Shown here: positions 53,424 to 62,405 of the stretch, piece after piece
Numbering within the stretch: position 1 is the first letter of the stretch
How the letters are laid out: each line of letters starts with the position of its first letter
Assembly: GCA_964635065.1 (NCBI GenBank)
Contig: CAZWMK010000002.1
Span: 1,048 to 65,047 of the forward strand
Direction of reading: 5' to 3'
From: an uncultured Sphingomonadaceae bacterium
GTDB taxonomy: Bacteria; Pseudomonadota; Alphaproteobacteria; Sphingomonadales; Sphingomonadaceae
DNA: 64,000 bases
Notes under the pieces: model-generated
What the model saw: only the letters and a program-made list of their open reading frames with translations
What the model was told of the DNA's origin: nothing
The model's database searches: none
Position numbers and translations under genes: made by a program

Positions 53424-55591
53424 ATGATATGTCCAAAAATCCTGCCGAATGAAGCGCAGCGCCTCGAAGAGCTGGCGGATTATGGTTTCATCACCGATCC
53501 GCTTGAACCGCAACTCGATCCGATCGTCGAATTGACGGCCAGGCTTTTCCAGGCGCCCGCAGCGGCGGCCAACATGATCGGCGAACACGAAGCCTTTTTC
53601 GCTTCTGCCGTCGGGGTTGGCACATGCGACATGGGACGCGACGTCTCCTTTTGTGCGCATACCATCACCGGCAACGATGTGCTGGTGATCCCCGATGCCA
53701 CGCTGGATGATCGGTTCCACGACAATCCGCTTGTCACGGGCGACGCTCATTTCCGTTTTTATGCCGGGGTGCCGCTCCGCACGCCCGCCGGGCATGCACT
53801 CGGCGCGCTGTGCATTGTCGATACGCGGCCACGGAATGATTTCAGCGAAAGCGATCGCCGGCTGCTGGCATATCTGGGCCAGCTCGCCACCGAACAGCTG
53901 ACGATCCGCCGCCTGCGCATCGCACCAGCCATGCCCGCTTCGCCCATCTCGCGCGTACATCGCAAAACGCCATCATTGGCTTCGATGCCGAACAACGCAT
54001 CACCTTGTGGAACGAAGCGGCCACGAAGATCTTCGGCATCAGCGATACCGACGCACGCCAGAAAAAGCTTTCCGCATTCTTCACGCCGTCCAGTGCGCAA
54101 AGATTGACGGCGGCCATTGCCAGCAACATGTCGGATGTCGACACGGAAGCCGCGCCGCAGCACATCGATTTGCAAGGCCTGCGTGCAAATGGCCAGATAT
54201 TTCCGGTCGAATTCGCGCTGTCGCACTGGCAGGATGGTGGCCAGCAATATTTTGCGGCACTGATTGTCGATGCCTCGGAAAAGCATCAGCAGCGCGACGA
54301 CCTTTATCACGCGCAATATGTCGATGAAGCCACCGGACTGTTCAACCGCCGCTATGCGATGAAAGTCATTGCAGAGGAGGCGACGCGCAACGATCCCTTC
54401 TCGGTCATTCTCGTGCGCATCGAGAATTACAAGGATTACTGCCTCGCGCATGGTCAGGCCGCTGGAAACAGGCTGATGCGCGAACTGGCGCCGCGCCTCA
54501 AAGCATCCTTGCGCCCGATCGACATTCTGGCGCGCGTCGGCCCGGATGAATTCAGTCTGACATTGCCCGGCGTGGCCGATCCCATTCGCACGGGCGATGT
54601 GGTGCGTCATCTGCTCGCGAACATCCATTCGACGCTGCGCATCGACAAGCAAAGCATCATGGCTTCGGCCCATTGCGGCATCTACCTGCACAATGCCGAT
54701 GGCCCCGAGCCGAACGAAATTCTGGCGAACGCCGACCTCGCCGTGATGCAGGCCATCAACACCGGCGCGACACATGTCATCTTCGACCCCGCGCTGCGGT
54801 CCATCGCCGTGGAGCGGCAAAAATATCTGGAAGAATTACAGCAGGCTCTGGATCATCAGCAATTCAAGCTCTTCTATCAGCCACAGATCAGGCTGAGCGA
54901 TGGCAAGCTCATGGGTGCCGAGGCGCTGTTGCGCTGGGAGCACCCGGAACGCGGCCTCCTACCGCCCGGCGCCTTCCTTCCCGCACTGGAAGGCAGCGCG
55001 CTCTCCGCCGATGTCGGAAACTGGGTGATCGACACTGCTTGCCGGCAGGTTGCGCAGTGGCAGCGGCAGGGCTTTTCAGATCTGCGGATCGGGGTCAACA
55101 TCGCCACCGCCCAGTTGCAAAATGGCAAATTGCTCACACAGATCAAAGCCGCCCTGGCCAGCGCAAAAATCCCGCCCGAAGCGCTGGAGCTGGAAATAAC
55201 GGAAAACGTCTTGCTCGAACATGAAGGCTTTCGGGAACAGTTCGTGCAACTGCGTGAACTGGGGGTTGGCCTCGCTTTCGATGATTATGGCACGGGCTAT
55301 GCCTCACTCAACCTCCTCACGCGCTATCCCATTACGCGGCTGAAAATCGATCGCAGTTTCATCTGGGACATGCACACCTCGCCCTCACACCGGGCGGTGA
55401 TCAGCGCGATTGTTAATCTTGGCCACAACCTCAACCTGACGGCCATTGCCGAAGGCATTGAAACCGAAGAACAAAGGGCCGCCCTTGTCGAACTGGGCTG
55501 CGACGAAGGCCAAGGCTATTTCTATGCCAAGCCTTTGCCTGCCGCCGAATTCGAAGTCCAATATGGCATCGGTCAGTCTCGGCGCACCTGA
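53424..55591 (+). pseudogene. GAF-PAS-GGDEF(degenerate)-EAL c-di-GMP signalling protein, apparent frameshift at about 53.92-53.94 kb
   Basis: GAF: 'NEAQRLEELADYGF', 'SFCAHTI', 'RFYAGVPL' and 'GALCIVD'. The PAS region 'ARFAHLARTSQNAIIGFDAEQRITLWNEAATKIFG' continues in another frame with no start codon. GGDEF site 'RVGPDEF'. EAL: 'EALLRWEHP', 'DDYGTGYASL', 'IAEGIETEEQ' and 'QGYFYAKP'. Confidence 0.8.
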
Positions 55592-55604
55592 AAAGGCTGA
55601 ATAT

Positions 55605-55635
55605 ACAGCGCCAATTCGAAACCGGCTGTTTTTTC
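55605..55635 (+). terminator. Weak hairpin plus T6 after the EAL gene
   Basis: ACAGC...GCTGT 5-bp stem followed by TTTTTT, 14 nt after the stop. Confidence 0.3.
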
Positions 55636-55896
55636 GCGCTTGACCGTGCGCACGGCGAATCCCGCAGCCAGTGCCGTTTGATGATGGAATATGAAGCCCA
55701 CGTCTGAGACTGAAATCACTGAACATCATGGGGTGGGGCGCAATCCGATGCGCCCTGCCCTTTCTTTTGCGCACGCACCGCTTGAAAAGACAGTCATGCC
55801 TGTCTTTAATGGCTCCTGCCGCCAAGCGAGGGGTCAACCCCGTGGGCGGCGGGCGTGATCGACGCACCATCATGTGCGGCGCCTGCCTTTGGGGAG

Positions 55897-56484
55897 ATGA
55901 GCATGACTATCAGCGATGCCGACATTGAAGACCTGATCGCACGACGGGACATTTACGACGTATTGACCCGCTATTCCCGCGCGCTGGATCGTTGCGATGT
56001 CGCCTTGATGCAGTCGGTCTACTGGCCCGACGGGGTCGACTATCATGGCGTTTTCAATGGTAATGCCGCCGAGTTTGCCGAATTCATCGTCCGGGAAATC
56101 CAGAACTGGTTCGAAGTGACGATGCACGGTCTGATGAACGTGCACATGGAAATCAAGGGCGACGTCGCCTGCACCGAAACCTATCTGTTTGCCTATCACA
56201 AGGTGCGCGCCGACAAGGCGCACGAGATTTTCGGGTCACGCTACATGGCGATGTTCGAAGGCCATGGCCTCGATCCGAACCATCATCATTTCTATTTCGG
56301 CGGCCGCTATCTCGACCGTTTGGAACGTCGCAATGGCGAATGGCGCATTGCCCGCCGACAGGTTGTCATGGACTGGAACGACAGCCGGCCATCGGGTGAA
56401 ATCCTCGATCAGGGCATGTTCGCCACGCTCCGTCCTCTGGGCGAAAGGGGGAAAGGCGATCTCGTCTTTTCCAATGTGCCATGA
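55897..56484 (+). CDS. NTF2-like / SnoaL_4-family protein (tandem paralogue 1)
   Basis: 'LIARRDIYDVLTRYSRALDRCDVALMQSVYWPDGVDYHG' and 'GRYLDRLERRNGEWRIARRQVVMDWNDS'. Confidence 0.8.
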   Translation: MSMTISDADIEDLIARRDIYDVLTRYSRALDRCDVALMQSVYWPDGVDYHGVFNGNAAEFAEFIVREIQNWFEVTMHGLMNVHMEIKGDVACTETYLFAYHKVRADKAHEIFGSRYMAMFEGHGLDPNHHHFYFGGRYLDRLERRNGEWRIARRQVVMDWNDSRPSGEILDQGMFATLRPLGERGKGDLVFSNVP

Positions 56485-57059
56485 ACCGCCGCGCTGACCT
56501 TGCGGACCTCGTCGCCCGGCGCGACGTTTATGCCGTCCTCACGCGCTATTGCACCGCGCTCGATCGTGCCGATCTCGACATGATGCGCACGGTTTACTGG
56601 CCGGATGGCGAGGATGTACACGGCATCTACAGCGGCAATGCGGGCGAATTCGTGCCATTCATCATTTCGGAAATCACCCGCTATTTCGAAATGGGCACGC
56701 ACTGCCTGCTCAATGTCGACATCAAGGTGGATGGCGATGTCGCCTGCGCTGAAAGCTATCTCTATTCGGTCTGCCGCGTGCGGGCCGACATGATGGAGGC
56801 GCTGCTCGGCAGCCGCTATGCCGCCCACTGGGGTGGACGCGGGCTGGATGCCGGCAAGGAACTGTTCATCATGGCCGGCCGCTATATCGACCGGCTCGAA
56901 CGCCGGGGCAGTGAATGGCGCATCTTCAAACGACAGGTCGTGATGGACTGGAACGACAGCAACCCGTCGAACCAGATCCTCGATCAGGGCATGTTCGCGT
57001 CTCTGCGCCCGCTGGGACAGTGGGGCAAGGACGATCCCTTTTACGCCAATACGCCCTGA
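56481..57059 (+). CDS. NTF2-like / SnoaL_4-family protein (tandem paralogue 2)
   Basis: ATGA overlap with paralogue 1. 'LVARRDVYAVLTRYCTALDRADLDMMRTVYWPDGEDVHG' and 'GRYIDRLERRGSEWRIFKRQVVMDWNDS'. Confidence 0.8.
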   Translation: MNRRADLADLVARRDVYAVLTRYCTALDRADLDMMRTVYWPDGEDVHGIYSGNAGEFVPFIISEITRYFEMGTHCLLNVDIKVDGDVACAESYLYSVCRVRADMMEALLGSRYAAHWGGRGLDAGKELFIMAGRYIDRLERRGSEWRIFKRQVVMDWNDSNPSNQILDQGMFASLRPLGQWGKDDPFYANTP

Positions 57060-58586
57060 TTACAGGCGAAGCACACGGCTGGCGCGGCCAAGCACCTGCT
57101 TGTCCTGCGCCGGCAGCGCCCATTTCAACGTCAGCCAGATTGCCGCGAACAGGATCGGCAGCAGAATGGCCAGCCGCAAAAAGGCGGGCGCTGTCAGGAC
57201 GAGCCACGACAGGCCGACCGCTGCGCTGCTGACAATCAGCGCCCGCCATGCCGTGGTGGCAAAGGGAGGCGCGAAGGGGTGCAGGTCTTCGTGGCGGTTG
57301 AGCTGGACAATCGGGATCAGGGCCGATGCGGCAAGGCCAAGGCCAACCGCCAGCGCCAGCCCGGTCAGGCCGAAGGCTGGCACCAGAAACCAGCCGGCCG
57401 CCGCCGCCAGCACCAGCGCGACAAGGCTTCCGATGAGCGGGTGGTTATACTGGCTGATCACCTGCTGGATCGCCGCCGCCTGCCCGCCAAAGGCTTCGAT
57501 GCCGCGCGCAAAACTCAAAATGGCAAGCGCGGGCCAGGCCGCCAGGGCGCCAGGGCCGAACAGGTCGAGGATGGCCGGGGCGCCGGCGATGATTACCGCC
57601 GACAGCGGCAGCGCAATCGCAATGCTCAGCCGGGTGGCAAAGCCATAAATGCTGGCAATCGCCTTGCGGTCGCGGTCGCCTTCCGCCGCCGACGCCAGTG
57701 GCGAGACGACATAGGAAAAGGCGATGCGGATCATCTGGATGATCGAACTGACCTTGCGCGCGATCGTATAAAGCGCCGACGCTTGCGCACCCGATGCGCC
57801 GGGCAGCATCAGGTTCAGGATAACAGGGGGCGCATCGCCGAACAGGCGCGCGACAATGTTATAGGGCAGGATCGACAGTCCCGCGAGCAATGTCCCGCGC
57901 ACCAGCCCCGGCGCATGGCAGCGCCGGAACAGCGCCGGACCGTCATAGTGAATAAACAGCAGCCGCACCGACAAAAGCGCCGTCACGCTGAGCGAGGCAA
58001 GATGCGCGTAAAGCAGGCCACGCACGCCGAAACCTGCCGCCCAGAAACCGCCCGCCAGTAGAAGGCGGATCAACTGTTCCCAGAAAATCCGCAGCCGGAT
58101 TTCCGCGCCAAAGACCCGCCGCGCGCGCAGTGCCGATGTCGCAACCTCGACAAAGGCCCAAAGCGGCAGCGCCCAGGCGAACAGCTGCACGCTTTCAACC
58201 AGAATCGCTTCCTCGCTCGGGGCCACATTCAGCCAGCCGGCAAACCATGGCGCATGCCACGATATCAAAAACGCAAGAACAAGCGACGGCAGCACGCCCA
58301 AGAGCAGCGCTGCGCGCAGCACGGCGGCCTGCCTTTGCGGTGTCCCCGCCTGTGGCACCACGCGCTGCAAACCCGATGTCACACCAAGGTCGGCCACATT
58401 TTCAATGAGATTCACCGCCGCCCACAGCACGGCATACAGGCCATAGCCCGACAGTCCGAACATCCAGACATAGAGTGGCTGGGACACCACCTCGATCACG
58501 CCGCCGATGCGTGACAACATGGCCGCGCCCGCGCCCTTGGCGACGTCGCGATTGGAAATGCTGTTCGGGGCGTCCGGTTCGTTCAT
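57060..58586 (-). CDS. MOP-superfamily polysaccharide/oligosaccharide flippase (Wzx/MurJ-like)
   Basis: About 12-14 hydrophobic segments and an N-terminal 'AKGAGAAMLSRIGGVIEVVSQPLYVWMFG'. The ORF track extends to 58703. Confidence 0.75.
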   Translation of the reverse strand: MNEPDAPNSISNRDVAKGAGAAMLSRIGGVIEVVSQPLYVWMFGLSGYGLYAVLWAAVNLIENVADLGVTSGLQRVVPQAGTPQRQAAVLRAALLLGVLPSLVLAFLISWHAPWFAGWLNVAPSEEAILVESVQLFAWALPLWAFVEVATSALRARRVFGAEIRLRIFWEQLIRLLLAGGFWAAGFGVRGLLYAHLASLSVTALLSVRLLFIHYDGPALFRRCHAPGLVRGTLLAGLSILPYNIVARLFGDAPPVILNLMLPGASGAQASALYTIARKVSSIIQMIRIAFSYVVSPLASAAEGDRDRKAIASIYGFATRLSIAIALPLSAVIIAGAPAILDLFGPGALAAWPALAILSFARGIEAFGGQAAAIQQVISQYNHPLIGSLVALVLAAAAGWFLVPAFGLTGLALAVGLGLAASALIPIVQLNRHEDLHPFAPPFATTAWRALIVSSAAVGLSWLVLTAPAFLRLAILLPILFAAIWLTLKWALPAQDKQVLGRASRVLRL

Positions 58587-58717
58587 GTGACTGGTTCGGG
58601 CTATAGACCCGCCCGGCCCGAATACAAAGAGGCGCAACAGCGGGTTTTGCCATAATATTGCCGTCGATTGCCGCGACCAAGGCGCAGTTGCGTTCACAAT
58701 CAAGGATCGGCCCGCGC

Positions 58718-59869
58718 ATGTCCCAGACGTCTTCCGTGATCATCGCCATCATTGGCGAGGCCCCCCTCAAGGTGTGGGGACTGAGCCAGCACGAACGTCT
58801 GACCCGCATCGCCGCCAAGGCCGGTTACCAGCTGGGCACGGAACCCGTCGCGGCCGGAAGCGATGCCGTGCAGATCATCGTCAACGGCCGCTACTGCTTT
58901 GATCCGCTATGGCTGACCGAAATGCGCAACCATGGCCCGCGCATCCTGACACTGGACAGCGTGCCCGTCCTTGCCATCGTCGAAACGCCCGCCGCTTATG
59001 CCGCAGTGACCGCCGCCATGCAGGCCGATGCGCCATTGGCCGCCGCAGCCGGTCTGCCCGCGGTCATCGCCTATGAGGATGTGCCGCCCACCATCTTCAA
59101 CCAGGCGCTGCGCAAGCGCGAACGCCCCTTCCTGATGCGCGTCACACGTGACAGCATTCCGGCCATCGAACGCGCCAGCTATTTCGGTGCCTACAAGGGC
59201 GTTACCGACATTTTGACGAAATATCTCTGGCCCGAACTGGCGCTGTGGCTGACCCGCCTGGCCGCGCGCATCGGCATGACGCCCAATATGGTGACGGCGA
59301 TTGGCGGCACCTTGTGCCTTGTCGCCCTCTGGTTCTTCGCGACCGGCCAATATTGGACCGGCATCGCCTGCGGCTTTGGCTTCATGGTGCTTGATACGGT
59401 CGACGGCAAGCTGGCGCGCTGCACCATCACCTCCAGCTACTGGGGCAACTTTTTCGACCATGGCATCGACCTTATCCATCCGCCTTTCTGGTGGTATGCA
59501 TGGGGTCTGGGCCTTGCCGCCCATGGCCTGCCGTTGTCGGATGCCCTGTTCTTCTGGGTGATGGTTGCCATTGTCGCGGGTTATGTCCTGCAACGGCTGA
59601 TCGAAGGCTGGTATATTGGCAAGCTCGGTCTCGACATGCACATCTGGCAGCCGTTTGATTCGCGTTTCCGGCTGATCACCGCGCGGCGCAATCCGAACAT
59701 GGTGATCCTTGTCGCCGCCCTCCTCGCCGGACGGCCCGATATCGGCCTCCTTGCGGTTGCTGTCTGGACCGTGCTGTCGCTCGTTGTCCATGCTGTCCGT
59801 CTGGCGCAGGCAACCGCAACGAAAGCGCGCGATGGCAAGATCACAAGCTGGATGGTGGAGCCGGCATGA
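58718..59869 (+). CDS. CDP-alcohol phosphatidyltransferase-family membrane protein with about 165-aa soluble N-terminal domain
   Basis: Signature 'DTVDGKLARCTITSSYWGNFFDHGIDLIH' (DxxDGxxAR..G...D...D). The N-terminal 'VIIAIIGEAPLKVWGLSQHERL' resembles a degenerate nucleotidyltransferase fold. Confidence 0.85.
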   Translation: MSQTSSVIIAIIGEAPLKVWGLSQHERLTRIAAKAGYQLGTEPVAAGSDAVQIIVNGRYCFDPLWLTEMRNHGPRILTLDSVPVLAIVETPAAYAAVTAAMQADAPLAAAAGLPAVIAYEDVPPTIFNQALRKRERPFLMRVTRDSIPAIERASYFGAYKGVTDILTKYLWPELALWLTRLAARIGMTPNMVTAIGGTLCLVALWFFATGQYWTGIACGFGFMVLDTVDGKLARCTITSSYWGNFFDHGIDLIHPPFWWYAWGLGLAAHGLPLSDALFFWVMVAIVAGYVLQRLIEGWYIGKLGLDMHIWQPFDSRFRLITARRNPNMVILVAALLAGRPDIGLLAVAVWTVLSLVVHAVRLAQATATKARDGKITSWMVEPA

Positions 59870-60294
59870 ATGCAACGATCACGAAATTCGGCTATCCCGC
59901 CACGCTGATCCGCGCCTATGACCATTGGGTCGTGCTCGCGCGGCCCGCGCAGCTGACGCTTGGTTCGCTCGTACTCGCTTCGACCAGCGATGCGACGGCT
60001 TTCGGCGATCTGCCGCCGGCAGCCTTTGCTGAACTGCACAGCGTCACGCACGCACTCGAAGCCGCGCTCAAGGCCGCTGTCGACCACGACCGTCTGAATT
60101 ACCTGATGCTGATGATGGTGGACCCGCACGTCCACTTCCATGTCTTCCCGCGCTATGACGGCACACGCACGGGCGGCGGTCTGACACTGGCCGATCCTTC
60201 ATGGCCCGGCCCGCCCGATCTCGGCAAGGCAACGAAAGGCGATGCCGATGCGCTGGCGGCGCTTGTCGGCTGGCTCAGGCCTTACTGGGCCTGA
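59866..60294 (+). CDS. HIT-family (histidine triad) protein
   Basis: ATGA overlap with the upstream gene. The histidine triad is 'DPHVHFHVFPRY'. Confidence 0.75.
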   Translation: MNATITKFGYPATLIRAYDHWVVLARPAQLTLGSLVLASTSDATAFGDLPPAAFAELHSVTHALEAALKAAVDHDRLNYLMLMMVDPHVHFHVFPRYDGTRTGGGLTLADPSWPGPPDLGKATKGDADALAALVGWLRPYWA

Positions 60295-60308
60295 TCAACT
60301 GGGACTGA

Positions 60309-61061
60309 TCAACGGGCGTTCGCCGCCCATCCCGCCGTCAGCGCCCGCGCGGCGTCAACGTCGGCGGGAAAATCGACCTCGCCCCATTCCAGCCCGGCAA
60401 TCGACACGGTATGGATGGGCGTGGTGTTCGCAAGATTGTCGATGGCACGCAGATACCAGCATTTCACGCCATCGGGCGTGCGCATCATGCGTTCGACCTC
60501 TGCCCGGAAAATAGCGCCGCCCGCGCCCGTCATCGCCAGCATGCCGATCGATTCGGCATTGGCGACATCGGCAGACAGCCGCTTTCCGATCGACAGCAGC
60601 CGGTCGCCATCGCGTGCGACCTTCATGTCGTCGTCGTCATAGGCGGGCTTGATATCGACGGTGACAGTGATCGGCGCGCGGGCTTCGGCCAGCAGTTTTG
60701 CCACGATAGCGGGCGACACCAGCGTATCGCCGTTCAGGATGATGAAATCACCCTGCATCGCTTCGCGCGCGATCCAGCAGGTGCCCAGATTATCGGCCAC
60801 CTGATAAAAGGGATTGAACAGCGTCTGGATCGTCACGCCGGAAATAGCCGCCAGATGCGCTTCCAGTTTTTCGGTGCGAAAGCCGGTGACGACAGTGATT
60901 TGGCGGATACCGTTCGCCACCAGTGCGGCGATCTGCCATTCGATCAGCGTCTTGCCGTTGAAGTCGATCATGCACTTCGGACGGTCGGCTGTCAGTGGCA
61001 ACAGGCGCGAACCCTGTCCTGCGCTCAATATGATGGCTTTGTCGATCATCGCACCGTTCAC
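60309..61061 (-). CDS. Nucleotidyltransferase (LicC / sugar-phosphate cytidylyl- or uridylyltransferase-like)
   Basis: 'AIILSAGQGSRLLPLTADRPKCMIDFNGKTLIEWQI' is the canonical GxGxRL...K signature. Confidence 0.85.
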   Translation of the reverse strand: MNGAMIDKAIILSAGQGSRLLPLTADRPKCMIDFNGKTLIEWQIAALVANGIRQITVVTGFRTEKLEAHLAAISGVTIQTLFNPFYQVADNLGTCWIAREAMQGDFIILNGDTLVSPAIVAKLLAEARAPITVTVDIKPAYDDDDMKVARDGDRLLSIGKRLSADVANAESIGMLAMTGAGGAIFRAEVERMMRTPDGVKCWYLRAIDNLANTTPIHTVSIAGLEWGEVDFPADVDAARALTAGWAANAR

Positions 61062-61199
61062 CAGAGGTCAAGAGGCCGGGCCCGCCTTGGCGCATCCGGC
61101 CTGTCCCCTGTTCATTCCGACTGCGGCGAAATCATGGCCACATCATCTCCGATTGCGGGCAGCCACCGAGATCAGCGGCCCGCCCGACAGGGAGGACAA

Positions 61200-61535
61200 T
61201 CAGCCTTTGCGGTTTTTCCGTGCGGCATAACGCGCATCGCGCGCAGCCTTCTTCTCGGCGTCCGTCAGCTCGACACGTGCCGCGGAGCTGGTTTTTGCGG
61301 CTTCCAGAGCCTGTTTTTTTGCATGTTTTTCCGCCTTTGCCTGCGCAATGGCATCGCGCCTTGCAGCACGCTTGGCTTCTTCCGCCGCTTCGCGCTTACG
61401 CTGGCTTTCCTGCCGGGCGGCCAGAACGGCGGCATCGACCGGCGCCTTGTTCTGAAACTGTTGCAGCGCATTGAGACGCGCCTGCTGTGCAAGCGCCGTG
61501 CGCTCCTGAAAACCGGGATCTCGAAATGAAGCCAT
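61200..61535 (-). CDS. DUF6481-like Lys/Ala/Glu-rich small protein
   Basis: 'MASFRDPGFQERTALAQQARLNALQQF' followed by a charged helical repeat. Such genes commonly neighbour csp genes in alphaproteobacteria. Confidence 0.55.
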   Translation of the reverse strand: MASFRDPGFQERTALAQQARLNALQQFQNKAPVDAAVLAARQESQRKREAAEEAKRAARRDAIAQAKAEKHAKKQALEAAKTSSAARVELTDAEKKAARDARYAARKNRKG

Positions 61536-61573
61536 GGATGTTAATCGTCTCGCGCATCAAAGGGAAAGGTGCA

Positions 61574-61614
61574 AGGACCGCGCGGAGCACCGTCATGGCG
61601 CTCCGCACGGTCCT
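61574..61614 (-). terminator. Hairpin terminator downstream of cspA
   Basis: 15-bp stem (AGGACCGCGCGGAGC / GCTCCGCACGGTCCT, 1 mismatch) beginning 7 nt after the stop, followed on the coding strand by TGCACCTTTCCCT. Confidence 0.5.
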
Positions 61615-61620
61615 GACATG

Positions 61621-61827
61621 TTAGGCGGCTTGCAGGTTGACTGCTGCCGTCTTGCCACGACGATCGGTCTCAAGCTCATAAGAAATGCGCTGATCCTTAT
61701 CGAGCGTGCGCATACCTGCGCGCTCAACCGCCGTGATGTGGACGAAAGCATCGCCGCTGCCGTCTTCCGGCGCGATGAAGCCATAACCCTTGTCGGCATT
61801 GAAGAATTTTACGGTTCCGGTGATCAT
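61621..61827 (-). CDS. cspA: Cold-shock protein (CspA family)
   Basis: 'MITGTVKFFNADKGYGFIAPEDGSGDAFVHITAV' carries the RNP1/RNP2 motifs. The ORF-track extension to 61908 is upstream read-through. Confidence 0.95.
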   Translation of the reverse strand: MITGTVKFFNADKGYGFIAPEDGSGDAFVHITAVERAGMRTLDKDQRISYELETDRRGKTAAVNLQAA

Positions 61828-61960
61828 ATGGGTATCCTTTATCCCATGGTGGACGGGCATGAACCAACAGCGGCTCATCCCGGCTTCGACAGAGCTAGAA
61901 AGGGACAAAAGGGAGAAATTAATCGGCCTAGTATCCGTCGCATGCGACGTCAGCGAAGCC

Positions 61961-61989
61961 TTGATACGCCATTAGAAATAAAAATGCAA
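61961..61989 (-). promoter_or_regulatory. Candidate sigma70-type promoter of cspA (TTGCAT-N17-TATCAA), implying a roughly 125-nt 5' UTR
   Basis: Read on the minus strand: TTGCAT (61989-61984), a 17-nt AT-rich spacer, then TATCAA (61966-61961). Long leaders are typical of csp genes. Confidence 0.35.
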
Positions 61990-62033
61990 ACAAAACACAA
62001 ATCGGGCTTTTATTTACATGAAAGCGGCGATGA

Positions 62034-62213
62034 TTAGCGCAGTTTCGCGATGTTTATGCCGTCCGCTTTTGCTTTGTCTTTTACCGATTCTTCACTGCGC
62101 GTCAGCGCCTTCGCTATCGCCTTCAGCGCCATGCCTTTCTTCGCCAGCGTGTGGAGCTTTTGCGTCTCGTCGCCAGTCCATGGCTGGCGGTGGCGTGTAA
62201 ATCTCTCGGTCAT
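62034..62213 (-). CDS. 59-aa SANT/Myb-like (GcrA-N-terminal-like) HTH protein, below the ORF-track cutoff
   Basis: My translation is MTERFTRHRQPWTGDETQKLHTLAKKGMALKAIAKALTRSEESVKDKAKADGINIAKLR. The pattern 'W+..E...L..L...G.....IA..L.RS...V' is like the GcrA/SANT HTH. Confidence 0.45.
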   Translation of the reverse strand: MTERFTRHRQPWTGDETQKLHTLAKKGMALKAIAKALTRSEESVKDKAKADGINIAKLR

Positions 62214-62405
62214 GCCTGTCCCCTGCGCGTCATATATCCCGCCAATGCGGCCCGACCTTCAGACATGTAGCAGCTTGACGCCCGCAACCAATCGCATTTC
62301 GAGGCCGGATTGCATCGCGCGCGCGCGCGAGGTCGGGAAAAACGGGCATTGGCCCCGTGCCCGATCGCGCATAAGGTCATGCCATTCAGAACGACAGGAT
62401 GACTC

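Noticed and set aside
58587-58703. Upstream extension of the flippase ORF to 58703
   Set aside because: The extension is non-hydrophobic and would nearly abut the divergent transferase gene. ATG 58586 ('MNEPDAPNS...') is the more plausible start, though this is not proven.
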